The position numbers were made by a program, and so were the translations under genes. A DNA stretch of 64,000 nucleotides from positions 1 to 64,000 of the IMG/VR virus record IMGVR_UViG_2882828558_000007. One strand, 5' to 3'. The notes under the pieces are model-generated. The model worked only from the letters and a program-made list of their open reading frames with translations, made no database searches and was not told where the DNA came from. This DNA comes from a virus. Lineage: Duplodnaviria > Caudoviricetes. Position 1 is the first letter of the stretch. Each line of letters opens with the position of its first letter. Below, in pieces: positions 46,747-55,866 of the stretch.

Positions 46747-47673
46747 TTATGCCGCTCGCAATTTTCTTCCTTGGTCGATCGAAACGAGGATTTCAGCCAG
46801 CTCGACCAGTGCGGCCTTGCCCGCCTCAAGTGCTTCCGACTCCTTGAAGCCCAGTCGCAAACCGATCGACTTCAAGTTCCCGCGCGCCGCCACTTCGTCG
46901 ATGATCCCGGCCGCATCACTGCCGCGCTCTTCCGGCGCTTCCCACATGACAGCACCGCTTGACGAATTGCCTGTCGGGCTGCACACGCCGCCCATGAACG
47001 ACGCGCCCTCTGCTACGGCATCAGGACCGAGCCGTGCCGCATGCGGCAGCTGCCCTGCCGGGACGCCGCCATCCACGCCGTGGGCCTGCAGCTCCTTCCT
47101 GGCTGCCTCAACACCCGGCAGCGGGTCATACATCGGCGCGAGCGCCGGAAGGCCTGAGAAGTCACGATGGCAGTGCGCTGCGTGCATCGGCGATGGCGTT
47201 GTGGCCTTCGTCGCAAGGTAGAGCCAAGGCGTGCGTTCCTTGCTGGTCTTCTTCTCGGTGCTGCGCGCCCTATCCGTCGGTTTGAGCTTCTTGCCCTTCT
47301 TCGTGACACCCCACTCTGTAAGCCTGCCGTGCAGGAACTTCAGGCTGCCGATCTCGGTGCGGCCCTTGCTCGTGTGGGCCACAGGAAGCACGTTGCCTTC
47401 CTTGTCATGCGACGCTGCCATGATCTCGCCGATGGTCGGGCGGATTTCCTGCCTCGTCGGCTCGACATCGACGAACCAGTTCGCTGCAGGTCGAGGAAGG
47501 GCGGCGGCGAGCGCCGGAGCGAGTTCAGGGTGGTTGTCGTACAGCCAGCGAAGAGCGGGCAGCGTCCCGCGGTATCTCGGGTTCTGTGGCTTGTTGTCGT
47601 TCGCGGCTTTGAGCGGCTTCGGCGGGGCGTTGATGGCAGCGTGTAGCTGCTCGGCCAATGAACCTCTTCTCAT
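46747..47673 (-). CDS. Putative late transcriptional regulator (308 aa)
   Basis: Start moved to MRRGSLAEQL (GAGGAG RBS); last gene before the late leader; C-terminal HTH-like NLKSIGLRLG. Confidence 0.55.
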   Translation of the reverse strand: MRRGSLAEQLHAAINAPPKPLKAANDNKPQNPRYRGTLPALRWLYDNHPELAPALAAALPRPAANWFVDVEPTRQEIRPTIGEIMAASHDKEGNVLPVAHTSKGRTEIGSLKFLHGRLTEWGVTKKGKKLKPTDRARSTEKKTSKERTPWLYLATKATTPSPMHAAHCHRDFSGLPALAPMYDPLPGVEAARKELQAHGVDGGVPAGQLPHAARLGPDAVAEGASFMGGVCSPTGNSSSGAVMWEAPEERGSDAAGIIDEVAARGNLKSIGLRLGFKESEALEAGKAALVELAEILVSIDQGRKLRAA

Positions 47674-47712
47674 GCTGTCTCCTCGATGCCGGCAGGGTGT
47701 GGTGGTAACAAA

Positions 47713-47742
47713 AATATAGTCCAAATTTACAAATTTGTCAAG
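47713..47742 (-). promoter_or_regulatory. Sigma70 promoter with ACAAATTTGT operator (copy 3)
   Basis: TTGACA-17-TATATT; palindrome at 47729-47738. Confidence 0.8.
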
Positions 47743-48226
47743 GCGAGTTAGCGGCAAGCCAACCGCGCACCAGCGCGACAGCCTTGTCGGCTGCCTCACC
47801 GACACTTGCGAACCGCACGACCTCGACGTGGTGCCCAAGCCGGGCCAGCGCCGCATGCCGATCGACCTGCGCTGGAGACAGCCTGCCTTTACCGACCTTG
47901 TTCTCAAACATGCGCAGACGGCCACCAGAGAGGTAAACGCGCACGTCGGCCTCACCGGGCGTCATGCCGGCGGCAATCGCTTCCTGCTGCGCCCTGGGGC
48001 CGCGCTTGGCGCTGTTCTGGTCGCCAGCCAGCAGGAACTGCTTTCCGTACTCCGGCATAGCGCGCAGGGCGCGGATCTGCGCCGCCTGGCCTTCCCACTC
48101 CTTCGGCGGGGCGTCGGTGATGGTCACCTTACCGTTGGCGGTGGTGATCTTGACCCGCTTGCCGTTGACGCGGGTCGTCTGCGTCTGCCGGGTGCGGTTG
48201 CTGGCGCTTGTGCTGCTGGCTGCCAT
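47738..48226 (-). CDS. VRR-NUC domain nuclease
   Basis: GMTPGEADV...FENKVGKGRLSPAQ...LARLGH. Confidence 0.8.
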   Translation of the reverse strand: MAASSTSASNRTRQTQTTRVNGKRVKITTANGKVTITDAPPKEWEGQAAQIRALRAMPEYGKQFLLAGDQNSAKRGPRAQQEAIAAGMTPGEADVRVYLSGGRLRMFENKVGKGRLSPAQVDRHAALARLGHHVEVVRFASVGEAADKAVALVRGWLAANSP

Positions 48227-48229
48227 GGG

Positions 48230-48475
48230 GATCTCCTCGGTGGTGGTAGGGGTGGTTATAGGTGGTGGTGTTTTGAGGTGGCTATCCGCTACCCTCCTCC
48301 ACTCCACCACACCACCCTCCACACTAAAGTGTAGGAGGTGGTGGTGGGAGGTGGATTCAATGCGTCGTGGTGTGACTTTCACACCACCTCAAAAACGAGG
48401 TGGTTAGAGGTGGTTGAGGTGGCTAGTTTTGGCCTCTTTCACACCACCTCAAAAGCAAGGTGGTGGGTGGTGGTT
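48230..48475. repeat. CCACC/GGTGG-rich repeat array; candidate replication origin
   Basis: 19-bp direct repeat CTTTCACACCACCTCAAAA at 48376 and 48436; inverted ACCACCTC/GAGGTGGT. Confidence 0.55.
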
Positions 48476-49068
48476 CAGGCTGCTCTTGCGAATTCTCCGT
48501 GGTGCTCTTCGACGGCTTTCAGGTATGCTTCATGGGCTTCCTCTGACTTATCGAAGTATCCTAGGCAAACCTTTGCGCCACCAATCCTGATGTCGGCCCG
48601 CCACTTTCCCTCTGCCTTGTGCCAGCTGACGCCCTTGAAGCCAGACGTGTTATTCGATTTCATATCCGTGTTCATTTGGTTCTGGCTGTTCGTCGCTACG
48701 CGCAGATTGTCCCACCTGTTGTCGGACCTGTTTCGGTTCTTATGATCTATGAAAACTTCGGGAATGGTGCCGGTCATATATAGGAAGGCTAGGCGGTGGG
48801 CTGCATACCTTCCCCCGTCCACTCCGATGTGGATGTATCCATCCCTTGTTAACTTGCCTGCGCGGTCTCCAGCTCGAACTCGCAGACGGTCGACGCGCCA
48901 TGTGAAAATCCCGCTATTCGGATCGTAGAACAGAAGGGACCTAAGCCGATCTGATGTTAGCGGTCCCTCGTGGCGACGATCGAGGTGCGGCCTTCCTCTC
49001 ACCTCGACAACGGCATATCCGGGCAACGGCGAATACTTCTCGATGATTGATTTGATGGCGTGGTGCAT
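48475..49068 (-). CDS. HNH endonuclease with AP2 domain
   Basis: AHRLAFLYMTG...IDHKNRNRSDNRWDNLR; NNTSGFKGVSW...WRADI...LGYF. Confidence 0.9.
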   Translation of the reverse strand: MHHAIKSIIEKYSPLPGYAVVEVRGRPHLDRRHEGPLTSDRLRSLLFYDPNSGIFTWRVDRLRVRAGDRAGKLTRDGYIHIGVDGGRYAAHRLAFLYMTGTIPEVFIDHKNRNRSDNRWDNLRVATNSQNQMNTDMKSNNTSGFKGVSWHKAEGKWRADIRIGGAKVCLGYFDKSEEAHEAYLKAVEEHHGEFARAA

Positions 49069-49283
49069 CACCTGCTCTCCTTGCTGTGTGGCCAATCGGC
49101 GGGGCGGTAGCCCTCGTCATAAGCGGTCATGAGTAGGGCGACGTGCGTGGGGACTGGGCGCGGGTTCTTGGCGCGCTCATAGGTGCTGATCGTCAATGGC
49201 GCTTCGTAGCGCAGAACGCGCGCAAGCTGGGCCTGCGTGAGGCCCAGCCATTGACGGATCGTGCGGAACTGAGTGTTGGTCAT
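49068..49283 (-). CDS. Small XRE-type HTH protein
   Basis: FRTIRQWLGLTQAQLARVL...TISTYE...PVP. Confidence 0.8.
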   Translation of the reverse strand: MTNTQFRTIRQWLGLTQAQLARVLRYEAPLTISTYERAKNPRPVPTHVALLMTAYDEGYRPADWPHSKESR

Positions 49284-49284
49284 G

Positions 49285-49539
49285 CTATCCTCGTCGCCAA
49301 TGCGGGCCGAAAGTCTTGCGCATCATGTAGTCGTCGTAGATCAGTTCTTGAGCCCTGCTGATGATCAAGGGCGCATAGCTGCGAGGCAATTGCTTGCCGT
49401 CGATGTCGAGAGCCACATCGCCTAGCCGAGCGCTTGTCACCCCCGACTTTTTTAGGTCCTCAATGCGCTCTAGGCCTTGGTCGCGAAGCATGTTTCCAAC
49501 CCATGTTTCGCTCGCCATAACGCCGGCTGGCGCCGCCAT
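49285..49539 (-). CDS. Hypothetical protein
   Basis: 84 aa coupled ORF. Confidence 0.55.
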   Translation of the reverse strand: MAAPAGVMASETWVGNMLRDQGLERIEDLKKSGVTSARLGDVALDIDGKQLPRSYAPLIISRAQELIYDDYMMRKTFGPHWRRG

Positions 49540-49748
49540 TACGCCGCCTCCTTCGCCATTGCTTCGAGGATGTAGTTAGCTTCGTCGTTAGCGAGGAAGA
49601 TGAGATAATCTTCATCATGGCGAGCCTGAGCGATTAGGCCTTCAACGGCAAACTGTGTTGCCACGTCGATGTTGAAAGTGCGGTTCTGGAAAATCTGGTA
49701 GGCCTTGTAGGCTTCTGCGTACTTGGCGAGCGCTTCAATCTTGGTCAT
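49539..49748 (-). CDS. Hypothetical protein
   Basis: 69 aa, GAGGAG RBS, first gene after a promoter. Confidence 0.6.
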   Translation of the reverse strand: MTKIEALAKYAEAYKAYQIFQNRTFNIDVATQFAVEGLIAQARHDEDYLIFLANDEANYILEAMAKEAA

Positions 49749-49788
49749 CTCAATCTCCTCGGTGGTGGTAGCGGCGTTGGTGATTATT

Positions 49789-49817
49789 TATATATGCCAA
49801 ATATCCTAGTAAGTCAA
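49789..49817 (-). promoter_or_regulatory. Sigma70 promoter for the small-gene cassette
   Basis: TTGACT-17-TATATA. Confidence 0.7.
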
Positions 49818-49831
49818 TAAGCCTACCAAAG

Positions 49832-49858
49832 AAAAAGGGGCCGAAGCCCCTCTTTTTT
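49832..49858 (-). terminator. Bidirectional-type terminator after the primase gene
   Basis: AAAAAGGGGC-CGAA-GCCCCTCTTTTT. Confidence 0.75.
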
Positions 49859-49860
49859 GT

Positions 49861-52134
49861 TCAGGCGGCCTCAGCCGGCCGGACGAACTTTATCTTACGG
49901 TCAAAATGCTTCGGGTCCGGCTCGTCAACGACGGCAAGTATGCCACTCGATATCCATGCGTCGAGAATGGCCTTGACCTTGCGCTTGTCCGCGGTCATGG
50001 CCTTTGCTGTTTCCACATGCATGCCCAACGCTGACGCGAGGACGTACCCGGCCCAGTCTTCAGACTGAGACGACTCGCGGTAATTCTGGTTGGCGAATCG
50101 CACCAGGACTTCCTTGCGCACGTCCGGAGGGACGGCCTCGGCGATCTCCTCCTTGGACGGCCATTTCCACTCAGTCACCACAGGGGCGAAGTCCTGAGGC
50201 TTCGTGAGACCTCGACCATTGCCCAGTGGAACGCCTACGAGGTGACGCCAATCCAGCTTACTGCTTAGTGGGGTTAGGTTCGACTTGCCATAGGTCACGG
50301 AGAAGTACCCGAACCTGTCAGCGCCGTCGACGCCGGCCTCGTTTGCTTGCTCCGGTGACATGCGGTTCAGGACGCGAACCGATCGAGCCGCGCCGATGAG
50401 GGAAACCGCACCTCGAGCGTCTTCGACGGTAGCCTCCCGGTCGGCGACCTTGCGCAGATGGTGGACGATGTCGATCGCGCAGTTCGTGTAGTCAGCGATT
50501 TGCGCCCACAGCTTGGCCACCTTATCGATTGCCCCGTTGTCGTTCTCATTGACGCTGTGCGTCGACACGAACGGGTCCACGATCATCACGTCTATCTTGT
50601 TCCGCTCTATCTGTTCGACCACAGCCTCCACGATAGGTTGCTGGATGCGCACGCCTGCCTTCTTGTCGTCAACAGCGACGACCAGCTCCTGCTCGCGCCC
50701 GCTATCGAGAAACAGGTGCCCCTCGATGTCTTCCGGCTTTAGCTTGTAGTGGATGGCGGCAGCCATGATGCGCCGCTCCATCTCGTCGCGAGGATCTTCC
50801 GCATTAAACACCCACACACGCAGGCGCTCCGCAGGCTTGGTGCCGAGCAAAGTCTTGCCCGACGTCATCGCAAGAGCTTCCGCAAGGCTAAGGCTGGTCT
50901 TCCCCAAGCCGCCGGGGCTGACTGTTACGGACACGTATTTACGGATCAGGTGATTTCCATAGGCGAACTCTCGACGGGCAATGGACTTCGGGTCGATCCA
51001 CTTGAATGCGGTAGCAGTCAGCGGACTATTGTCGTTCGCCGGCTCCTCGTGCGCCGTATCGGTGATCCCGGTCGGGATATCTTCAGTCTCCGGGGCGTCT
51101 GGCTTGGCGCTTTCATCCCGTTCGGGATCATTCTCACCTTCAACGGCGACATCGTACCGCTCGGGAAGCCCCGTCTTTACACGTGCCTTGCGTAGCCCGT
51201 TGGCGACCATGCGCTGCACGTCGACAAGGCGCGTGTTGTCCTGGTGAAAATCCTGCTCCGGCGGATGACGCGGCTGGAGCGCGCCGGCCTTCAGGCCATT
51301 TTCGATGGTTTTGCAGCAGCGAGACCAATCCCTGCCCCATCCACGCGCTACGTCCTGTAGTTGAGCACGCGCTTCCGATTCGGACAGGTGGCCACCGCCA
51401 ACCCACTGCCCGAGCGAGAACGCCGCGTCATTGAGTGCGTTGTTCCGGTTTCCCATCGGCTCTGATGCAAGGTCAGATAGCTCTCTCTCGATCGCCGCGT
51501 CGACATAGACAACATTCGTGGAACTCGCGGCATAGTGCGTGTGGGACGGCGCGGATTTCGGCAATAGCAGGTCGAGCAGCCAGGCCGGGGCGTCGGCGAT
51601 CTCGCGCGTGTCGTCCGCCCACTTGTAGTGTCGTCCATTGGACAGGACGCTGCCCGCCGCAACGACGTAGCCGCCTTCCGACCGGATATCCACGCCAGCA
51701 CCGAGTGCGCCGCGGTTGCGTGTGCCGGCCACGTATTTGAAATAGATGTGCAGGCCGCCATTCGGGCTAATGACGCGCGCCGTCACAGGGAGGGGGCCGT
51801 GCTCCGCCTCCATGTCCGAAAGCCAGGCGAAACCGTTGGCTCCGCCTGGCTTGTTGTCGATGTCTAGCGCGAAGAAACCAGTCGGCGACCCCGTAGGGAG
51901 GCCGATGGCCGCGTCTGGCCAGTCGCTCCACCACCTGTCGATGATGTGCTGGAACTTCGTCGCCTGCTTGAAGCCATGAATCGTGAGAGGTGTTTTCTCG
52001 CCTAGGGTCGTTACTTCGCCTGTATGTCGATCGACAACATCTTCTGCCTCTGAGCGGCAGGGGAATACCGGCCATCCCTGGGAGACGTAGGCATTGGCAA
52101 GTTGATGGGGCGTGGGTTGTGTGGTTTCGGTCAT
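49861..52134 (-). CDS. Bifunctional primase/polymerase fused to a RepA-like (AAA_25) helicase
   Basis: GWPVFPC, IGLPTG...LDID, SPNGGLHIYF, GVDIRSEGGYVV; SPGGLGKTS, IVDPF, HH.RK; start moved to MTETTQP. Confidence 0.9.
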   Translation of the reverse strand: MTETTQPTPHQLANAYVSQGWPVFPCRSEAEDVVDRHTGEVTTLGEKTPLTIHGFKQATKFQHIIDRWWSDWPDAAIGLPTGSPTGFFALDIDNKPGGANGFAWLSDMEAEHGPLPVTARVISPNGGLHIYFKYVAGTRNRGALGAGVDIRSEGGYVVAAGSVLSNGRHYKWADDTREIADAPAWLLDLLLPKSAPSHTHYAASSTNVVYVDAAIERELSDLASEPMGNRNNALNDAAFSLGQWVGGGHLSESEARAQLQDVARGWGRDWSRCCKTIENGLKAGALQPRHPPEQDFHQDNTRLVDVQRMVANGLRKARVKTGLPERYDVAVEGENDPERDESAKPDAPETEDIPTGITDTAHEEPANDNSPLTATAFKWIDPKSIARREFAYGNHLIRKYVSVTVSPGGLGKTSLSLAEALAMTSGKTLLGTKPAERLRVWVFNAEDPRDEMERRIMAAAIHYKLKPEDIEGHLFLDSGREQELVVAVDDKKAGVRIQQPIVEAVVEQIERNKIDVMIVDPFVSTHSVNENDNGAIDKVAKLWAQIADYTNCAIDIVHHLRKVADREATVEDARGAVSLIGAARSVRVLNRMSPEQANEAGVDGADRFGYFSVTYGKSNLTPLSSKLDWRHLVGVPLGNGRGLTKPQDFAPVVTEWKWPSKEEIAEAVPPDVRKEVLVRFANQNYRESSQSEDWAGYVLASALGMHVETAKAMTADKRKVKAILDAWISSGILAVVDEPDPKHFDRKIKFVRPAEAA

Positions 52135-52164
52135 GCTGCTTCCTTGAATTCTGAAAAATACCGC

Positions 52165-52193
52165 TTGATGGATAGGGCCATTGGTCCTAATGT
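52165..52193 (+). promoter_or_regulatory. Sigma70 promoter for the plus-strand small-gene cassette
   Basis: TTGATG-17-TAATGT; AGAGGAG RBS before 52224. Confidence 0.6.
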
Positions 52194-52223
52194 GCTCATA
52201 CCAACACCGCAGAGGAGACAAAC

Positions 52224-52451
52224 ATGAGCCCCGAAATCGCCGCCCTTCTTGCCCGCCGCCTCGCCGCTCCGAAGCAGTTCGAAGTTGTCACGCTCTTCGC
52301 CGATGGCACTTCGCGCCGTTTTGAAACCGAGACCCGCGGTCAGGCCGACAACTACGCCATCGGCGAGAAGCGCAAAGTCGGGAAGGTCTTGAAGAACCGC
52401 GAAACCAATGCTGAGGTTCGCGTTGTTGATGTCTACGTGGCCGCGCTTTAA
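52224..52451 (+). CDS. Hypothetical protein
   Basis: 75 aa, strong RBS. Confidence 0.65.
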   Translation: MSPEIAALLARRLAAPKQFEVVTLFADGTSRRFETETRGQADNYAIGEKRKVGKVLKNRETNAEVRVVDVYVAAL

Positions 52452-52463
52452 GGAACGACGCCG

Positions 52464-52685
52464 ATGATCAACCTCCCCGGTCCCCGCAAAGAACGCAGCA
52501 ACGATGACGCCCGCCGCGGCATCCCCATGACTGCACCCGAAGTGCGCTGGGTCATTGACCAGCTTGAAGCACAGAACCCCAACAAGAACGCCCGCAGGCG
52601 TCTGGCGGAACTCGCGCTGGGCCGTCCGAACATCACGCCTGATGGCAAGGACGTCTACCGCGAGTATCTGGCTCTGCTGAAATGA
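52464..52685 (+). CDS. Hypothetical protein
   Basis: 73 aa, AAGGA RBS. Confidence 0.55.
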   Translation: MINLPGPRKERSNDDARRGIPMTAPEVRWVIDQLEAQNPNKNARRRLAELALGRPNITPDGKDVYREYLALLK

Positions 52686-52876
52686 CCTCCGCCGAACTGG
52701 AATCCCGGTGCGCAGCATTGTTCGGCGCCAATTGGCAGACGGCATTCGCGCGCCACAGTGGTGTGGACGCGCGAACCGTTCGACGTTGGAAGGCTGGCGA
52801 CCGTGAAATCCCGCCATGGGTGAATGCGTTGCTTCACGCATGGGAGACCTTGCGCGAGATGGGGGCGGATTGGTAG
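52682..52876 (+). CDS. Small HTH protein
   Basis: WQTAFARHSGVDARTVRRWKAGDREIP. Confidence 0.75.
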   Translation: MTSAELESRCAALFGANWQTAFARHSGVDARTVRRWKAGDREIPPWVNALLHAWETLREMGADW

Positions 52877-53547
52877 TTGTCGTTGGCCGCCTCTGGAACC
52901 TTCGCCGTCCTCGCTATCGAGATAAGCATCTCACGGAAGGGAACCGGCGTATGGATTCGCGGTGTGCTGTTCTGCCCCCCGCCTTTCGCCCCAACCTCAC
53001 CGAGGCGCTTGGCGCGCTTCAGCCCCATTCTGGCGATCACTTCCGGATCAAGACGTGGTTCGCCGATGCCCCAGTCGAGATCAGGTAGCTCTACCCTGTA
53101 CGCGACCAGCAGCGTGGGCTTACGGGCATAGTGCCCATATCGCCCCTGCTCGACGCAACACGTCCAGCCACCATGGAAGTCTGCGGAAATCCACCCGCCC
53201 TCTCGTGGCGGTTTGTTCAAGCCGAAGTGCGCCCACGCATGACTGCCCCACGGATGCTCTATGACGCCGCCCCATTTTCGCGCCGCGGCCAGAGCGGCTG
53301 CAAAGCACCCACCATCGTCGCCTTTCACTTTCCGTATGCCAGTCTGCTTGATGAACAGCGGCTGTCCAGCCCACAGCTTGCCCCATCTCTGGCACGGCGG
53401 ATGGGCAACGACCGGGTGCGGGCCGTCATAGAGCCGCGCGTCGCGAACCTCGTCCCATGGGTCGACGCCGGGCAAGCCGTAGTAGGCGCCATTGGTTTCG
53501 ACATAGAGGGCGGCGACGGGACGAACGTTATCATTATCGTGCTTCAT
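52834..53547 (-). CDS. C5-cytosine methyltransferase-like protein (PPCQ motif, atypical)
   Basis: DARLYDGPHPVVAHPPCQRW; GGVIEHP; no clear FxGxG motif I. Confidence 0.55.
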   Translation of the reverse strand: MKHDNDNVRPVAALYVETNGAYYGLPGVDPWDEVRDARLYDGPHPVVAHPPCQRWGKLWAGQPLFIKQTGIRKVKGDDGGCFAAALAAARKWGGVIEHPWGSHAWAHFGLNKPPREGGWISADFHGGWTCCVEQGRYGHYARKPTLLVAYRVELPDLDWGIGEPRLDPEVIARMGLKRAKRLGEVGAKGGGQNSTPRIHTPVPFREMLISIARTAKVPEAANDNYQSAPISRKVSHA

Positions 53548-53750
53548 TGCGCCCCTTTCAGATCGCCGCGCACGACGATCGATGTCTTGGTACGATATGC
53601 GTAGAACGGCGTCTTCTTGCCGCGCAGGTCGAGGAACGCTACGCCGGCAGCGAAGCCTCTACGCTCGGGGTAGTCAGCCTGAAACTGCAAAGCGACGGAC
53701 AGTGCGTCGCCCCAGTTCTCCGGCTTGGTGTTGGTTATTTTCAGGTCCAT
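53544..53750 (-). CDS. Hypothetical protein
   Basis: Start moved to MDLKITN. Confidence 0.5.
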   Translation of the reverse strand: MDLKITNTKPENWGDALSVALQFQADYPERRGFAAGVAFLDLRGKKTPFYAYRTKTSIVVRGDLKGAQ

Positions 53751-54133
53751 CAAAAAGGCGCCTCTTCTCGCAGCAAACGCCGCAACGTGTCCCCGAACGC
53801 CATGACGATCCGCTTGCACAGCATCTTGGCGTCGAGCTCGTCGAAGTGGTTCAGGTCGGAAATCCCGCGCTCGTCGATGATCGCCCCGAGCTCTTCCAGG
53901 CAGCCGTCAAGGGCCTTGAGTTCGTACACGTCAAACCGCCGCATATCGCGGACGGTCTCGATCAGGGCGCTGCATTCAAGGCAGAGATAACCGGGGTCCT
54001 TGTCGGTTCGGGACGTGAAGCCAACACCGACGCCGAACGACCGCATGCTGCAGACTCGGCAGACGGTCGGGTTGCCATGCTCGTCGGCCGTGGGCGTTAT
54101 GGGCAGGATGTCTTTGCCTGGGAGCCGGGTCAT
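53750..54133 (-). CDS. Zn-binding hypothetical protein
   Basis: CRVC...CLEC; ends EEAPF. Confidence 0.6.
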   Translation of the reverse strand: MTRLPGKDILPITPTADEHGNPTVCRVCSMRSFGVGVGFTSRTDKDPGYLCLECSALIETVRDMRRFDVYELKALDGCLEELGAIIDERGISDLNHFDELDAKMLCKRIVMAFGDTLRRLLREEAPF

Positions 54134-54981
54134 GCTGCCACCGCGGAGAAGAGGTCGGCTTGCCGTGCCCGATTGTCGTTCGCTGGCGCAACGGTTATTG
54201 CTGGCGCAATAACTTCTGGCGCCGGCATTGCCACGTCACCCTCTTGCGCGAAGTCGACGCAGACGATCTCGCACATCGGCGAGACTCCCTTCCAATCGTT
54301 GATGTAGAAAGCCGTATCGATGCCGCAACCAGCGTCAAAGTGAATGCCGGTAAATTCCTGGAACTTGACCGCCTTGCCGTCCTTCTGTCGCTCGTAGCAC
54401 GGGCGTCCACTGTAGTTAAAACCGGCCGACATCTGAGGGACGATGAACGCCCCGCTGCCAGCAAGGTGGGCCGCGATATCGATAACGTGGAACTCGAAGT
54501 CCTTTCCGCTATAACGCGGACTATTGCGCTCGCGCTTGATGGCACCGAACGGTGGATTGCTGATCGCCACGTCGAACCGGCCAAGCTCCATGTCGAGCAC
54601 GTCCAGTACGTCGGCCAGAACCCACTCCGCCTCGGGCAGGATTTTCTGCCCGACTGCAAGATAGTCAGGATTGCGCTCCACGCAGGTGATGCGCGCCTTC
54701 TGGTGGCTTCTGTGCCAGCATGCATAAGACAGCATGCCTATGCCAGCGCACAGGTCGATGATGCGGCCGCTGTAACCGCCTTGTCCTATGGCGTCGATTG
54801 TGAAGTCGAAGGCCATGTCGTAAGGCGTGAAGAACGCTCCTGCCGCACCGTTGACGTGGTTGGCGCCCTCGTTCCAGTTCCGAAGAACAAACTCTTTTTC
54901 GTCTTCGGTGAGTACGGGCTTTGTTAAGAGGTCGCACGCCTGCGCATGCGCCTTGGCTTGCGCCTTGGTGAGTTTGGCCAT
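54130..54981 (-). CDS. N6-adenine DNA methyltransferase-like
   Basis: GAFFTP, DLCAGIG, ISNPPF. Confidence 0.85.
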   Translation of the reverse strand: MAKLTKAQAKAHAQACDLLTKPVLTEDEKEFVLRNWNEGANHVNGAAGAFFTPYDMAFDFTIDAIGQGGYSGRIIDLCAGIGMLSYACWHRSHQKARITCVERNPDYLAVGQKILPEAEWVLADVLDVLDMELGRFDVAISNPPFGAIKRERNSPRYSGKDFEFHVIDIAAHLAGSGAFIVPQMSAGFNYSGRPCYERQKDGKAVKFQEFTGIHFDAGCGIDTAFYINDWKGVSPMCEIVCVDFAQEGDVAMPAPEVIAPAITVAPANDNRARQADLFSAVAA

Positions 54982-55559
54982 TATGCTGCCTCCTGCAGGG
55001 AGGGGATGTTATCATTCGCAGCAACCAGCGGCGAAAACCTCCCAACCTCATTCCCCCACGCTGACCACCCGGCCCACGCCTGCCGAGCAAACAGCTCGAG
55101 GTAAGGCCCGGCGACCAACTGCTCGACGCGGCCATAGACTTCGTCCGGCTTCCGGCTGTGTTCACGCCGCGGTGCGCGGATGACGGAGCGGACACCACGC
55201 GAAAGGCGGCGGGGCTTTCCGCGCTTGAACAGGTGGCAGATCTCGACTTCCTGACGGGTCCAGTAACCCATTCCCATACGGCCCTTGTCCCATATGAAGG
55301 CTACGGAGACGGGCTTGAACCCCCAGGCAGCCGCCACGTCGAAGGCTTCACGCTGCAGGTGGCTGACCGTCCACATGAACAGCAGGCAATCCTTGGCTGC
55401 GACTTCCGCGACGGGAAGCGCCGCGATATCGGCGAGCGACATCACGGCATAGGGCTGCTCACCTCGAGCGGGGGCTAGTTGCTGATTGGAGTAACTTCTG
55501 AACGACCACGGCGGGTCGGCCAAAATTGCGCCGTAGCGCCCTTCTGGTAGCGGCTGCAT
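54981..55559 (-). CDS. MT-A70 family adenine methyltransferase
   Basis: ILADPPW, LLFMW, HSRKP, YLELFAR, WGNE. Confidence 0.9.
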   Translation of the reverse strand: MQPLPEGRYGAILADPPWSFRSYSNQQLAPARGEQPYAVMSLADIAALPVAEVAAKDCLLFMWTVSHLQREAFDVAAAWGFKPVSVAFIWDKGRMGMGYWTRQEVEICHLFKRGKPRRLSRGVRSVIRAPRREHSRKPDEVYGRVEQLVAGPYLELFARQAWAGWSAWGNEVGRFSPLVAANDNIPSLQEAA

Positions 55560-55668
55560 GGTATCTCCTCTTATGTGGTATGCCCGCCCGTTGGTAGCGT
55601 GCGGTTTAGGTGGCTGTATTGACAGAAAAGTGCACGGCCTGTCGGGCAGTGCGATATGACTGATAATG

Positions 55669-55866
55669 CTAGTTGGCCCGACGTATGTTGCTGGCTGCTA
55701 GACGCAGGCCAGCGGCACTCGCGCCGTGGTGGATCGCTGCTTGTGCGGCCTTGGCTCGGACTTCGGCGTCTATGCGTGGCTCGTCCTTGGAGATCGCCAG
55801 ACACGCCGCAGCCTGCTTGTCATGCCATGCGGCGGCGAGGTTGTAGGCGGTGGCGAGGTCAGTCAT
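55669..55866 (-). CDS. Hypothetical protein
   Basis: Start moved to MTDLATA. Confidence 0.5.
   Translation of the reverse strand: MTDLATAYNLAAAWHDKQAAACLAISKDEPRIDAEVRAKAAQAAIHHGASAAGLRLAASNIRRAN

Noticed and set aside
47674-47955. ORF-track N-terminal extensions (also 26160-26330, 30458-30553, 34892-35107, 52135-52221, 14383-14649)
   Set aside because: They overlap upstream genes or promoters and lack an RBS; downstream starts have AGGAG/GAGGAG or stop-start overlaps.
48230-48475. Possible CRISPR-like array
   Set aside because: Only two 19-bp copies and low-complexity runs; no spacer series or cas genes.
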